In this document: piece by piece, positions 52,801-64,000 of the stretch | Position numbering within the stretch: the first letter of the stretch is position 1 | Layout: each line of letters starts with the position of its first letter | Made by a program: the position numbers and the translations under genes | NCBI RefSeq assembly: GCF_964355755.1 | Contig: NC_092672.1 | Coordinates: forward strand, 10,168,001-10,232,000 | DNA from: Antedon mediterranea | Taxonomy: Eukaryota; Animalia; Echinodermata | Length of the DNA stretch: 64,000 bases | Direction of reading: 5' to 3' | The notes under the pieces: model-generated | Seen by the model: the letters and a program-made list of their open reading frames with translations, nothing else | The model's database searches: none | Told to the model about the DNA's origin: nothing

Positions 52801-55800
52801 ATTTGTTCACGCTCTTCTTTCAAAGTTTAAATTGCTGTTTACTTATAAGCCTGAGAATAGTCGTTTTAAGTTTTGCTAACATACCAAATTGTATTGTCCT
52901 AATAGAGGCCTATTTAATGTCAATAAATAGCCAAAGCATTGTTTTAGTCAATTTACATTGAAGGATCATTAACCATGGACTCTCACCTAAGTACTGTAGA
53001 AAACTGATTTAGTTTGAAGGTTAATATGATTGATATTGATATTCTGTGTATTGAAATGTCTTCTTCTAATTATCGACACTGTATCTATTATCTAGAATCA
53101 GGCAGATTCTGTTTTACAGTGTCATGTACTGTATACATGTAATGTCTGTCATAGGTCATACGTCTAACATAAACGTACTGGATAACCTTAACACAATACA
53201 GTAGCACGTGTGACACTCTATCAAATATGTTGTTAAAATAAAATAGGAGAGACATGTGGAGATGCAGTAGATATATACTATGGGGTGTTCTGGTTAGATG
53301 GTAATTCTGCATGTATCAACATTTATTCCTTTGGACGTTTCATCAGTGATGTCATGTTAAATATGTATCTATGCAATGTCAATAAAAAGATTAAACCAAA
53401 AGATCAACTGAATATTTAGATAAAAAGAAAAAAAAGTCTCTATACCATTATTCTAAACCGTTTATTTTGCTCTTGCCGTCACGAAGAGCTGATACGACAA
53501 AGTAAGAATGATTTCAAATTTGAACTAAAGCCTTCCATGATAATGTTAGGCCTATTATACTTACCACTTCATCTTCTGTGCCTTCATTTAGGATAGCTCT
53601 TTCGACAAGTACTGTATGAGCGCCTCCACCTAAATATAGCAAAACAAATATTAGATAATATTTCATTAGTATTTTTGTTTAGTTATAGTTTAGTATATTT
53701 TTGGGTTGGTTCCACTATTTAACGTATAAGGACGTAAACGCAACGCAAGTAATTTGACCAATCACGACGAGATGAATGATGAGCTAACGTATCGTGATTG
53801 GTCTAATTACTTTCAAGCTCTAAGTTTAAATAGTAGTTAAATAAATATTATCTTTCAACAATAACAAGTTCCATACAGTGAACATAAGAATGGGTCACAC
53901 TGACTACGAAGAGAAACATGACATTAAATTCCAATGTATAATCAACATCTTACTTTTATACCTAGACCGCGGCCCTAGCTCAAATAATTATGTGTTGATC
54001 TGGACACAATAAATATATAAAACAATAATGGGCAACTGAATAGCTTAATTACAGAGAGTCATTAACATGTTTAAGCAGCAGATATGTTACATATTTAATA
54101 TCCTATACGAAAACTATGATTATAGGCCTAATTTCTAATTTTGGAATGTTTTTATGTTGTCTATAATAAAAAGGCCGTAAATGTCGTTTGTGTTGTGATT
54201 TCGTTCTATTTTTGTTTTTATCTATGTCTGTATGTTTAGTTTTATGTTCTAAGAGTTATTCTAGAAGTGCTTTCAACAGGAAGACCCGAATAAAGTTTCA
54301 TTGCAGCACATAAGTAATTTACTCCCCTGAGTAGTTTTCTAAAAAAGTAGGCCTAGAAAGTTGAATAAAAACAAGTAGGAATAATGAAAGTTTGGCCAAT
54401 GAACTTTATGACAATGTTTGAATTATCATTTTCACTTGGCTGGAAAGATATAACACACTGAGAATAAATCATCTTCGAATTACATGTCAACACATCAAAC
54501 TTTTCCCCAAAGAAGTTATCATTGAACCAACCAACTTGAAGACAGCAAAGAAAATCAAAGGACAATAACTTGTTATTTAGTATAGAACAAAAAAAATAGT
54601 AATCAATAACCATATAGTATACCGTATTTAATAGTAGCTACATTTTTGTTTAAATTAACTCTAAATAATAATATAATGTCTTGGTAAAAGTCGTACATGT
54701 TCGCACTCGAGGGTTGTGTTTCGTCAATTCGTATGAACTAACGTTCTTTAATATTCCAATTGAGCTCTCTTCATATTGGCGAGTTTTCGGTCTGTGATTA
54801 TGTTGAAACATGATCCACTCGTTCTTATAGTATGTACAAGTACTTAACTTATTTGTTAAGAAGCATATTTTTTTTATTTCTTTTTTTTTTATCATCCATT
54901 CTCAAGATAGGTTGTTTTCTGTATTTTCGCGCCTCTTAATTTTCTTTCTATAAAATTTCTGTAAATAAACTTTAATTTGATTGATCGATCCGGATATTTT
55001 TGTATTATTCTACGCGTAGGTATTGCGTTTTTCTTCATTAAGCTTGGTTCCCACTAGCGACGCAACGCAAGGACGTACGCGCAACGCAAACGAGTTGACC
55101 AATGACAAGCCACTGTTCAAATAACCTTGTGATTGGTCAAATCACTTACGTTGCGTTGCGTCGCTAGTGGGAACCAAGCTTAATGAAGAAAAATGCAATA
55201 CATACGCGTAGAGCGTAGCGTGCGTTAATTCTCGTGTTGACAAGTTCCTTGTGTTCTACTTCCCTTTATAATGTACATTAAAATTGTCCACAAACAGGTA
55301 ATTCGACAATCTACATCGTATACGTATAGATTAAACTGTAGACTTAATCGATTGTATTATCGCATTCTAAATAGTCCCCCTCTTATGCACTAGATTGGTT
55401 TACATGTTAGTACTGTACCGGTATGCAGTTTTAAATATACTAAATGTTACATTACGACATACATAGCTTTTCTAAAAACATGATTTTTTAATATAATGAT
55501 AATTATGGATATCATAAAAGAGTATTTTAATATGCGGATAATGTACTGTAATGTTTATTATGATTATCATCCTTAATACTGACAATAACACTCACTGATG
55601 TACAGTAGGCCTATATATATTTTTATGTTCTAATTATTTTTTGGACTCAGCAGGCAGAAGAGGCAGGAAAAGACCAAACATCAGAGATGGACGCGATTAC
55701 AACTTTGATGGCTTATTTTGGAGGTAAGCTGCACATAACAGAGAAATATTATTTTTTCTGTGGGCTCACAATGGCTTTTGTTTATTCAATTCAATTTTCA

Positions 55801-58800
55801 ATTCACTTTTATTTCAGAACAAAGTCCATATCATAACCAATAACAATATTCAATAAATAGATATAAGTAAAGTAAAAATTAAAAATCTATACAACATGTC
55901 GCACATAATAATGCCGTCGGAAAATCGTCGGTTTTCAACTAGGAGTAAAAAAAACATTATAATGGCTATACTGATAACAAGTTAACATACGTAAAAGTAT
56001 ACATGAAATTATGTATACAGAAGTTCAATCCATTTTCTGTGCAACTTTGAATCTTTTAGAATTCGAGAAAAAACACATGTTATTAAAGTATTAAAGCTTT
56101 TTTTCAAATTATCATCTTTATTTATATCCAGTTAGTGAAGGAACTGATCTTTAAGGAACTGATCATTAAAGGCCCTCGGGCTGAAATGATGATAATGGTG
56201 AAGGTGATGATGATTTTGACATTTTTTAAACGGTAAGATGAAGAAATCTGTGAGATTAAGAAAAAGGCGACCAAGTCGAGATTCGAACCGATAGGCCTAC
56301 CCGGAAATTCCTGTTGTTTATGCAGGAATCCTACCATTAGACCATGAAATGTTTCAAATTCATTAAGTTCTGTATATTTGTTCTGTATACGGACATTTTC
56401 GTCAATCTTGAAGTCGGTTGGATAGCGACTCATCAACACCAGTTAAAATATATTATAGTATATAGTATTATTCAAAGCACAATGCAAACATGAACTGCAC
56501 CGTCGGTCACTTGTATTGCGTATACCTTTTATTTCCAAATCGTTTTTCTTTTATAAATCTTTCTTCGTTTGCTTAGCGCGCGAATGGAAAATGAACAACT
56601 TACTTACTTACACAATTAAGGATCGATAATTGTGTAATATAAGACTCATTATAAATCATGTATTCTTTCAGTTCCGATCTATCAAAGGCAAAAATCAATG
56701 TTTATCACTACAATTTTAAATACTAACTTAATTCAAACGACAAGATGACTACGTAAGTATGTCGGTTTTATGCCAAGTAAGAATCAACACTTTAGTGAAG
56801 CGTAATGCAAATTAAAAGCTGCGTCTAGACACGTGTTGATCGCCATCCAATCATATGCGGTATATATTATTTCCACTATGATCTATTCATAACTAAAATG
56901 ATTTATACTCTCAATAGCTCTAACGACGGAATTGCTGGCCATTTCTATATACCTCAATCATTAGGAACCAACAGTGTACCACGGTATTACCCATTTTTAT
57001 ATTTATATAATATTTCCAAATCATTTAAATACTCTCTAAAGTTTATATTAAACGTTATCTTCTATATTCCAAATTTTCTAAACCTATGTAAATACAATAC
57101 GTTTAACCCTAAGCTTCTTTTTTTGGGGGGTGTGTGTTTTTTTATACCTGAATGAAACAAAAAAAAATAAAATTCTTCCATAATGATTTGCTTTGGAATG
57201 GTATTACGAAAGCCGATCGAAATCTAAAGTGTATAGTTTGTCAATAATAAATCCTATCTGAGATTTAATATTCTTAGGTTATGTAATATTGTTTGTTGGC
57301 ATTGAATTCTCTTGGGTTAGCGAGTGTTCGCAACCTATTCCACAGAACTGAGTCTCACTCAGGACCGGCCGGCCTAAATTGGTGTTATACTTACTAACTA
57401 AATGGGGCCTAAGAAAGACAACTGAATGGTATTTTCAAACGCATGAGAATGCAGACATTTTGTAGTGCGAGTAGATACCGAGGGTAAATTGAAAAAAAAG
57501 AATGAAATGATGTTAGTTTATCTCGTTAGGTCATCATTCACACGTTGATTAATCCACACAGAACCGTACTCATTACACAACACTATTAAACTTATTAATA
57601 AAAACATTTCAAGCGTATCGCTAACGTTATACTATTATAGTTTAGTTTTGCAGTTTGTAAGCATCATCAGTATCAATTACAACTAAAAGAGATCGATGCT
57701 ATTTGAACTATTACAACTCTTAAAGTAAACTTTACGTTTAATTTATGGGCAGTCCTATACTTAAAAGCTACTAACATTTCCTAGTGACAGATGTCACTGT
57801 ATACAAACATTACGAGATGTTAAATGAAATTGAATTGCTTTTTAATAGCTATACAACCTATTTAAGCTTGAAATTAAAAACTAATATAAAGAATTCAATA
57901 TTCTTAGCTATCAGTACGGAGATTGTTTATAAATTATCGAAGTAAAAAAATGCCTCAGCAGTCTCCTTATAATCCGTGTAACATCTTAGTATAATACACA
58001 TATTATACAATGTTGATATTTAGGTGTTTTTTTTTTTACATTTTACTAGATGTCAGATTTCAGACGTATACATTATAATTGATAGGCCTACAAACACCAC
58101 TTATTAAGGCTAAAATATTGGTTTTAAGGTTGTAGACTTCTTTGAATGGCTTACTGAGGCGTGTGAGTATGTGCATGCACATCGTAAAAGCCAACTTTTT
58201 GTCAGGGTTTAGTCGAATAATTGTCTCGGAGCTTAATCATATACATCTTATAATTTCTGATTTATTCTATCCACAGACTCTAGGCCTATATCAAGAATAT
58301 AATATTATATTCTGAATATTCAACAAAATACCACACAATGCATCAGTATAGTGACGTTAATAAATATTATGGATAATGTCTGTTTCCATTGTCGTTTTCA
58401 CTAACTCTATAAGCTGTACAACTACTGTCAATCATGGGTCCCTAGTGTGGACATTATATTTTATGACGTCTTCATAAAGGAACAATAAAATAAGAATTTT
58501 CCTTTGAGATAATGTGTACAAATTTATGGTTTGAATGGGAATAAAAGCAAACATATCAACACGTTTTGAATAATATCATATTTTATAAAGTTAAATCATA
58601 ATATATCTTATTAATATATAATCTACAACATTTTGGTCTATTTTGTTTTTTTTTTGATAAGTCGAATTATCGAGAGGAATCGAGTACGCCTACTTTTCTA
58701 AATGTCAAACACCTTCAATCAAAAGGAGTATGTTTAAATACGTACGTAGGTTAATTAAAAGTCCATATGTATATTAATGATATGCATACTTATTATCTAT

Positions 58801-59411
58801 CTATCTATAATGACAGAAAATATGTTTCAATTTAGGCAAATTCCATTTTATTCATTTATATGACACCCATATTCATAACAAAACACATGATGATCTACAC
58901 AAACAAGTATTTGGGAGTGACTGGTTTTTTTTTTTCATGAGCAAAAAAAAAAAACAATTACACAAAATGTATACAGAGTTTTGCAATAAAAAATACATTT
59001 TCGCAGTGCAAGATCAATTGGCAAAATCAATTCAAAATATTTAGAAATTGTAACTGTAAATTGTGCCAGATTGCCGTATAATAACATCTTTAAAATACCA
59101 ACACTGAACTAATTTTTAATCTGATGCATAAAAACTACTTTGTACAAACATTGTAATAATGAGATACCATCGTATGTATTATTTTGCTTGATAACATTTT
59201 ATTTTTGTGGACTCTACAAATGCAAAGACTTCTAAATATATGTAGATACATCACTTTCATATAAAATCAAATTTATTTTCGATTTGCAACATTTTCTTTG
59301 GTTATTACATTATGTGAAATGTAACGCATTACATGCTTTATACCCTCGAGAAACGAAATGTTATACTTTAAATATTTACGGTATAAACAAAAATTGGTAC
59401 TCACCCGACAT
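31638..59411 (-). CDS. ATP13A3: P5B-type ATPase (ATP13A2/ATP13A3-like polyamine transporter), whole gene span, 31 coding exons, 1195 aa
   Basis: All introns are GT-AG and phase-compatible; the CDS sums to 3588 nt. Motifs present: [12 protein letters not shown] (P5B), [32 protein letters not shown]. The symbol means family-level similarity, not strict orthology. Confidence 0.95.
32331..32420 (-). CDS. ATP13A3: ATP13A exon 30
   Basis: [30 protein letters not shown] (last TM helix). Confidence 0.85.
32579..32679 (-). CDS. ATP13A3: ATP13A exon 29
   Basis: [34 protein letters not shown]. Confidence 0.88.
33001..33152 (-). CDS. ATP13A3: ATP13A exon 28
   Basis: [34 protein letters not shown]. Confidence 0.92.
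33654..33804 (-). CDS. ATP13A3: ATP13A exon 27
   Basis: [18 protein letters not shown]...VKAQPW. Confidence 0.9.
34125..34197 (-). CDS. ATP13A3: ATP13A exon 26
   Basis: [24 protein letters not shown] (TM6). Confidence 0.88.
34790..34886 (-). CDS. ATP13A3: ATP13A exon 25
   Basis: [24 protein letters not shown]. Confidence 0.93.
36064..36216 (-). CDS. ATP13A3: ATP13A exon 24
   Basis: [17 protein letters not shown]...ASVASPFTS. Confidence 0.95.
36452..36531 (-). CDS. ATP13A3: ATP13A exon 23
   Basis: [20 protein letters not shown]. Confidence 0.93.
36873..36998 (-). CDS. ATP13A3: ATP13A exon 22
   Basis: [23 protein letters not shown]. Confidence 0.9.
37426..37622 (-). CDS. ATP13A3: ATP13A exon 21
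   Basis: [17 protein letters not shown]. Confidence 0.92.
37924..38048 (-). CDS. ATP13A3: ATP13A exon 20
   Basis: [15 protein letters not shown]...RTIMVT. Confidence 0.93.
38338..38458 (-). CDS. ATP13A3: ATP13A exon 19
   Basis: VPEDF...[10 protein letters not shown]. Confidence 0.93.
38612..38765 (-). CDS. ATP13A3: ATP13A exon 18
   Basis: [15 protein letters not shown]...YVKGAPE. Confidence 0.93.
39046..39159 (-). CDS. ATP13A3: ATP13A exon 17
   Basis: HLEDASED...TIVRPP; phase 0/0. Confidence 0.85.
39551..39692 (-). CDS. ATP13A3: ATP13A exon 16
   Basis: [25 protein letters not shown]. Confidence 0.93.
41776..41837 (-). CDS. ATP13A3: ATP13A exon 15
   Basis: [14 protein letters not shown], completing the DKTGT phosphorylation motif. 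Confidence 0.92.
41964..42074. mobile_element. MITE (PIF/Harbinger-like), same family as 60118-60281
   Basis: GCTTTGTCTACATTATCAAA pairs imperfectly with TTTGATAGTGTTGACAGAGC. Confidence 0.7.
42090..42278 (-). CDS. ATP13A3: ATP13A exon 14
   Basis: [17 protein letters not shown]...ISPQRIN...CFDK. Confidence 0.95.
42532..42578 (-). CDS. ATP13A3: ATP13A exon 13
   Basis: [16 protein letters not shown]; phases 1/0 fit both neighbours. Confidence 0.85.
42893..43003 (-). CDS. ATP13A3: ATP13A exon 12
   Basis: [27 protein letters not shown]. Confidence 0.93.
43116..43210 (+). mobile_element. Short Helentron/DINE-1-like (HINE) element
   Basis: AGTCGCGT-GCAA-ACGCGACT hairpin, then CACTATGTCGG, and a subterminal GCACGCGACT inverted match; second copy at 51715. 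Confidence 0.6.
43615..43791 (-). CDS. ATP13A3: ATP13A exon 11
   Basis: GESVPIIKT...[13 protein letters not shown]...AVVVRT. Confidence 0.95.
44189..44387 (-). CDS. ATP13A3: ATP13A exon 10
   Basis: LVPGDVI...[18 protein letters not shown]. Confidence 0.95.
45005..45142 (-). CDS. ATP13A3: ATP13A exon 9
   Basis: [16 protein letters not shown] (TM1-2). Confidence 0.93.
45594..45663 (-). CDS. ATP13A3: ATP13A exon 8
   Basis: [21 protein letters not shown]. Confidence 0.9.
46368..46445 (-). CDS. ATP13A3: ATP13A exon 7
   Basis: [26 protein letters not shown]. Confidence 0.85.
46960..48089. mobile_element. 1.13-kb non-autonomous DNA transposon with TTAA target duplication (Kolobok-like) in ATP13A intron 6
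   Basis: TTAA|AATGGACCTGAAATGGATTTTCGATTTT ... AAAATTGAAATTCCATTTCAGGTCCATT|TTAA; GC-richer interior with no transposase ORF. Confidence 0.8.
48376..48464 (-). CDS. ATP13A3: ATP13A exon 6
   Basis: [15 protein letters not shown]. Confidence 0.88.
48745..48808 (-). CDS. ATP13A3: ATP13A exon 5 (poorly conserved linker)
   Basis: [22 protein letters not shown]; the only phase 2/0 exon found that joins exons 4 and 6, with tttcatAG and GTGAGT sites. Confidence 0.65.
49081..49175. mobile_element. Miniature PIF/Harbinger-like MITE with TTA target duplication
   Basis: TTA|AGGCCAATTTACACAGACG ... CGTCTGTGTAATCTGCCCT|TTA. Confidence 0.7.
49377..49435 (-). CDS. ATP13A3: ATP13A exon 4
   Basis: [12 protein letters not shown]; AG/GTAAGT sites. 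Confidence 0.8.
50295..50462 (-). CDS. ATP13A3: ATP13A exon 3
   Basis: DLHGY...[17 protein letters not shown] (P5 N-terminal membrane segment). Confidence 0.92.
50527..50912. repeat. ~28-bp degenerate minisatellite in ATP13A intron 2
   Basis: Consensus close to ACCTTGTCATGGGAGCAAGAGTTACCAG, about 13 copies. Confidence 0.9.
51258..51293 (-). CDS. Candidate alternative first coding exon of ATP13A ([12 protein letters not shown])
   Basis: ATG to AAG|GTAGGG donor, phase 0, in frame with exon 3. Confidence 0.35.
51507..51520. promoter_or_regulatory. Perfect CLEAR / E-box palindrome
   Basis: GTGTCACGTGACAC contains the TFEB/MiT consensus GTCACGTGAC (51509-51518). Confidence 0.4.
51715..51812 (+). 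mobile_element. Helentron/DINE-1-like (HINE) element with (GGTC)n core
   Basis: TTTAGTCGCGTGCAAACGCGACTCTACAGCTCACTATGTCGGTCGGTTGGTCGGTCGGTCTGTCGG...GCACGCGACT; follows a T run. Confidence 0.65.
52030..52056 (-). CDS. Candidate alternative first coding exon of ATP13A (MPPEKNYLR)
   Basis: ATG to CGC|GTGAGT consensus donor, phase 0, in frame with exon 3; a CCAAT motif at ~52211 lies upstream. Confidence 0.4.
53565..53629 (-). CDS. ATP13A3: ATP13A exon 2
   Basis: [22 protein letters not shown] resembles ATP13A3 INQGQEDEM (recalled); AG/GTAAGT sites. Confidence 0.85.
53705..53815. mobile_element. Degraded relative of the 55041-55180 MITE
   Basis: Shares TTGGTTCC-ACTA, AAGGACGTA, ACGCAACGCAA, TTGACCAAT and GTGATTGGTC. 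Confidence 0.55.
55009..55212. mobile_element. Palindromic MITE (Harbinger-like core 55041-55180) with inverted outer arms
   Basis: AGCTTGGTTCCCACTAGCGACGCAACGCAA / TTGCGTTGCGTCGCTAGTGGGAACCAAGCT form a perfect 30-bp inverted repeat; the outer 32 bp on each side are also inverted, with two mismatches. Confidence 0.85.
56228..56430 (-). mobile_element. Second tRNA-like cassette with flanks homologous to those at 6749-6899
   Basis: A box TGGTCTAATGG, B box GGTTCGAATC, following T5 run, and shared downstream and upstream blocks. Confidence 0.55.
59405..59411 (-). CDS. ATP13A3: ATP13A exon 1 coding part (ATGTCGG)
   Basis: aaacATGTCGG|GTGAGT: good Kozak context, consensus donor, phase 1 matching exon 2. 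Confidence 0.65.
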
Positions 59412-59660
59412 GTTTGCTTGTTAAATTAACCAAATTTCTGAAAAATCTTCTTCACTAGCAAAAATGCGTTTCGATTGCGTTAGAGTGTTGACGCTAATAC
59501 CGCAAACAGTGACATCGACCTGGCCTATCACAAGAATAGAGAAATGTCGAAGTAAAATTAAGTAGCTGGGAAGTAGTTTGCATAGCAGACTAGAAGGAGA
59601 GCAGTGCGCTAGCGCTTGGCGTACTATCGTCTGATTGAAGTGATGAAAGCTGAATCAAAA
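59412..59660 (-). promoter_or_regulatory. Probable 5' UTR and promoter of ATP13A
   Basis: CpG-richer patch directly upstream of the first coding exon; inferred from position only. Confidence 0.35.
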
Positions 59661-60117
59661 CTAGTAGGTTGGTCAATAATTTGGGATTCTCGATTATATT
59701 TAAGGGTAGTTTCTATTATACTAACCGAGATATATATGCAGTTATGGCAACAGGCAATATTTAACTACTTCTAACAAGAAATTTGAACTCTTTAACAACA
59801 TTAATGGACAATGTATAGAATTCAATAATTTCATAATCAAATGGTGGCTATAGCGACGGTAAACATGTCAGTGTCATTGTTGTTAAGAGACAATAATTAA
59901 GTGTTTTTATATATAATTTAATAAATTATTAAAAGCATTCAATATCAATTACATAATGATAATGTTTAGAAATAATGTACACTTAATAATTAAAGTAAAC
60001 AACTAACAATAATTATTATTATAAATTATGTTTATTTAAAGTTTAATTTCTTGTCCTAAAAGAGAACTTAAGAAGTCACAAATTATCCTCGAATTAACAA
60101 CATCAGGAATATTTCTT

Positions 60118-60281
60118 AAGCTCTGTTTACACTATCAAACTAGATTGACAAAAAAGTGTAATGTGTCCAAATACTACTGATATTCCCGGAATATGGTATT
60201 GATATGACATCATCATGTGCATATATGGAAACATCATATATTTTTTTTCACATTAAGTTTGATAATGTAGACAGACCTCTA
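60118..60281. mobile_element. MITE (PIF/Harbinger-like)
   Basis: AGCTCTGTTTACACTATCAAACT pairs with AGTTTGATAATGTAGACAGACCT; homologous to 41964-42074. Confidence 0.7.
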
Positions 60282-63200
60282 GGCTAATCATTTTGTAAAA
60301 AGAACGCATTTGGAACTAAAGACTGCTAAAACCAGTCAAACCAGCCAGAAATATTGAAAAGTGTAAGATACACTAAGCATCGATAATTATTGAATACTAT
60401 GTATGATATGGTTTTCCTGCACCTGCCTTCGCCGTACTTCCATTACATAATTATAAGTGTTACATAATGATTTTATTTTTCTAATTAAGTTCTATATATT
60501 ATTTTTTTAGAAAATCAATAAAAGTGATACTAATCTATGCAAAGCACACATCTTTCAAACATTATACACTTTACTTTACATAACAGTATACATACAACAA
60601 TTACATCATTCAAAAGTATATTGGAATACGGTGCAAATAACCATGTATAAAGAAGATTAAAAGAGAACAACAAAAAGTGATAATAAAAAGTACCGAAATA
60701 TTGACATTTTGTTTTATTTTCAAGAAAGAGGACTAATAGTAGAGCAGCTGCTGAGTACTGCGCTTGCGCCAGTATCGTATTATGATGGTCTAGAGGATTT
60801 ATTTAAACATATTTAATCATTAATAACAAACACTATCAAATACATAGAATAAATAGAACATATATAAATATTTAAAAAGAATATTAAATAGAAAGTGGTA
60901 AAAGTATAGTAATAAGTAACAAGATTTACATATTTTATTAATTTCGTTGAAACTATTAAGCCTTGCGTTCGAAATCAAAGACGAGGGTCATAAAGCGCCA
61001 TAATATGCGGATTAACTGTGGATTGGGAGAGGAATATGATACGGGTTTAGAATTGCTAAAATTAACAAATAAAGCAGTACTGGAAAAGTGGAAATGACTG
61101 GTACAAATCAGAAACGAAAATTTTAGAAAAGCAGATGTTGTGAAGTCATTTCAAATGTGAGTTTGATGAAATTTGGGAGAATATCAATAGAACACGTCGT
61201 TTGTCTCATGAATTAACACCACGTGTTACTACCGGTTATTATCAAGAGACAAAAAAAGATGGATCGGAACATTCTCAGAGGTTTTTTTCATTTGCTGGAA
61301 TGAAGAATGGAAGAAAAGTTACAAAGAGGAGGACATTCTCAAAGATGAACTAAGATGGGTGATATCAATAGTGTAAGAAGCTAAGCCACGATGGTGAAGA
61401 GACAATCCGAAAGAAATGTAACACGGAATAAAAAAAATGACATTCCTCAGTTGGATATTATAGATCTTAGAAATGTGCAAGTAGGCCTAAACACTGTAAA
61501 TAAAATTACACGAAGAAAAGCATATAGCATACATTTAACCCATTTACTATGATAGCCATTGTTTTCCAATATTGTTGTCACTCTTGGTTTGTCACTTTTC
61601 GGGATACAAGGTTGAAGTAGAAAGCACACCTGCTCTAGATACCTACAAACCATCTCCGGAAATTTGGCGGAAATTCTGCGGAAATTCTTCAATAGTGATA
61701 GCAATTATAATGCGATATGTTTCTATTCATTCTAAGTGTGATTCGGTTTAAAAAGATCTTGTGAATACTAATACCAATTTTGTATTATTTCCGTGTTTAC
61801 CTTAGTAAATCAGATGGCATGGTGGCGGTAGGCTTTGGGCGATTACATGTTTACCGTATAAGCTAGAGCGCACAGGTGACTTTTCCACCGTAAGCGTCAA
61901 CATCGCTGAATATGTATTAGTGACTCAGATTCCGTCGGTTCTAAGATATTAATTTGAGTCACAATATTACAGTTTTTAAATGTAATTTTGAATAACTTTG
62001 TATAATTAAACTATCAATCTCGAATTGTAGTATTTAATAAATGTTGATTAATTCATCTCACTCTGAGTTTATAATTTGGAAACCCTATAATTGTTGACAT
62101 AAATAAAGTGCAACATTTCTAGACCAAGTTGTAATACATTTGTATCGATATTATTTTATACACATTTTTACAAAACAATAAGTGCATTGAGTTAGTTAGG
62201 TTAGGTGACTCAACTCAGAGGTGTCACGACAGAGCGGAATGGAGACAATACAATTTTAATTAAAACAATAAACGCACGTACATTAATAAACGCACTGTTT
62301 CTACAAAGAAATTTTGCAAGAACATCATCTGAAATTTGGAAAACAGCTGTCCTAAAAAACCCTGTATATATGCCTACCCTTTTTGTTCTGTGTGCAGTTG
62401 TTTAAATTTCAACAAATTACAAGTTTCTTGTGTAACGTCTGATAGTACCATATTGTATAATTATTTTGCTTTATCTTTGAAAAGTGTTTACTATTAAAAC
62501 TTTATTTTAGTAGTTTAGTAGCTACCTAATAATCAACAGACATATGTGATTACTACATGTAATGCTGTAAATAGTAAATGAGCCTAAAGCCGTGACAAAA
62601 AATAAGTATGAACCTTGGCCCCTGCGTCGATTCGGGTTTATCATTATTATATTTGTCTGGTAATCATTATTTGCTTATCATTGTTTGCTGGTCCTTGTTT
62701 GCTCTTCATTGTTTATTATTATATCGCGAATTATTTGATTGCCTACAATAAAATTGATATGTTATATCATAGAGATATTATAATATCTCTATGGTTATAT
62801 GAATGATGCTTCTAATTTGAGGATACGTTTTGAGAATTATGATTATATTTGACCATTTTCAAGAATTTTTTTATCTGAAATCATTCAGTGGATCTTCTGA
62901 TATTAATACATTTTATATTGTATATTTGTTCTTCCTTTCTTTTAGAGTTTATTTCACTGATATTAATAAAATACACACCTATACGAAGAAATAAATCGAT
63001 ATACACTACGCTTTTAAAATTATATATAATTCACCTGTTTTTGTACTCGGATGAGTTGTTACTAAATGCACTGACATAGAAATGCAGACCATTGGTTAGT
63101 TCTACTGTTAAATGGCGTCCACTTGTTGATGTTAAGGTTCGTGGGGGTCTAATGGAAGCTGATTGATGAATCCCCATAATGGAATTTTAAGCTTTTGATA

Positions 63201-64000
63201 ATTTTCAATCTAGAGCGTTATTGCTGATCTGCACTCTGAACTGAAGTCGTAGGGTTGTTTATAATACAAGGAAAATATTATGTTATTATGGTGATTTACA
63301 GTATAAGCTTTGTTTTTAAAATTAACGAATAAATGAATGAACTATAAATATACTTTCCCATTACCGAGCTGAACACCGGCGAGTCTTCCAAATATGAAAT
63401 CATTATAGATAATTATATAAACTATGTTACGTTTTTAAATACTAAAAGCTTACGTACGAGAATATGGATATTTTGAATAATGGTACCCCATGGTGCACCG
63501 TTATATCCAGTAAATTTAACATCATTACACCAATAGGTTAAAATAAAAAGTAAAACTCACCAAATAGTAACAACGATGTACTGTACTTACAGAGGATAAA
63601 CACATTCAAACTATTTTGCGTGCCGAACGTGTTTTAAAAATTCATTAAAACGGTTTGTACACGGTATTTAGTCAACCTTGAAGTATATTTTATTGAATTG
63701 TGTAGAAAATAAATAAACTTAAACCATTGTTTAAATTAGTGTTCGAAATAATTAATTGACATAAACTCTTTTGTGTGCTGTAATGTATACTCATTCTTTT
63801 GTAAATGAGCACAAATATTATTGATCTTATAACCATTTTCAATTTATGAACGCTAATAGACTAGAGTAGTTCATTCACGATATGTTTCAATTATGCATTC
63901 ACAAGTATGTATATATTATATACAAAAGAACACAATTTAGTAATTCATTAATTAATCGATATGCTGTAGGGAAAGGAATTGAATTCACGGTTATGTTGGA

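Noticed and set aside
61000-61445. Purine-rich stretch resembling a decayed LINE reverse-transcriptase 3' region
   Set aside because: No continuous frame or recognisable motif could be recovered by eye; it needs a BLASTX or Dfam search.
1012-63079. Remaining short 60-105 aa ORFs in the supplied track
   Set aside because: They have the low-complexity F/I/L/K/N/Y composition expected by chance in AT-rich DNA, or are off-frame or antisense to real exons.

Overview
This is AT-rich eukaryotic genomic DNA, most likely from an invertebrate deuterostome such as an echinoderm (inferred from intron structure and repeat content, not proven). It holds three protein-coding loci. (1) On +, an FNDC5/FNDC4 (irisin precursor)-like gene with an FN3 exon at 8231-8587 and a TM/cytoplasmic exon at 20198-20661 ending in -SKV; its signal-peptide exon was not found. 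(2) On +, an intronless 377-aa uncharacterised ORF at 27043-28176. (3) On -, a complete 31-exon P5B-type ATPase (ATP13A2/3-like, 1195 aa by my hand-built model) from 59411 to 31638, with two candidate alternative first exons, one near a perfect CLEAR box. The non-coding DNA is rich in non-autonomous DNA transposons: a foldback element at the window start, TTAA-flanked Kolobok-like elements, PIF/Harbinger-like palindromic MITEs, Helentron/DINE-like elements, and two tRNA-like cassettes with shared flanks. It also carries two ~28-bp minisatellites and a marked excess of TAGGCCTA and TACWGTA motifs, which paralog comparisons show arising as short insertions at TA (probable excision footprints). 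There is no CRISPR array or prokaryotic system.
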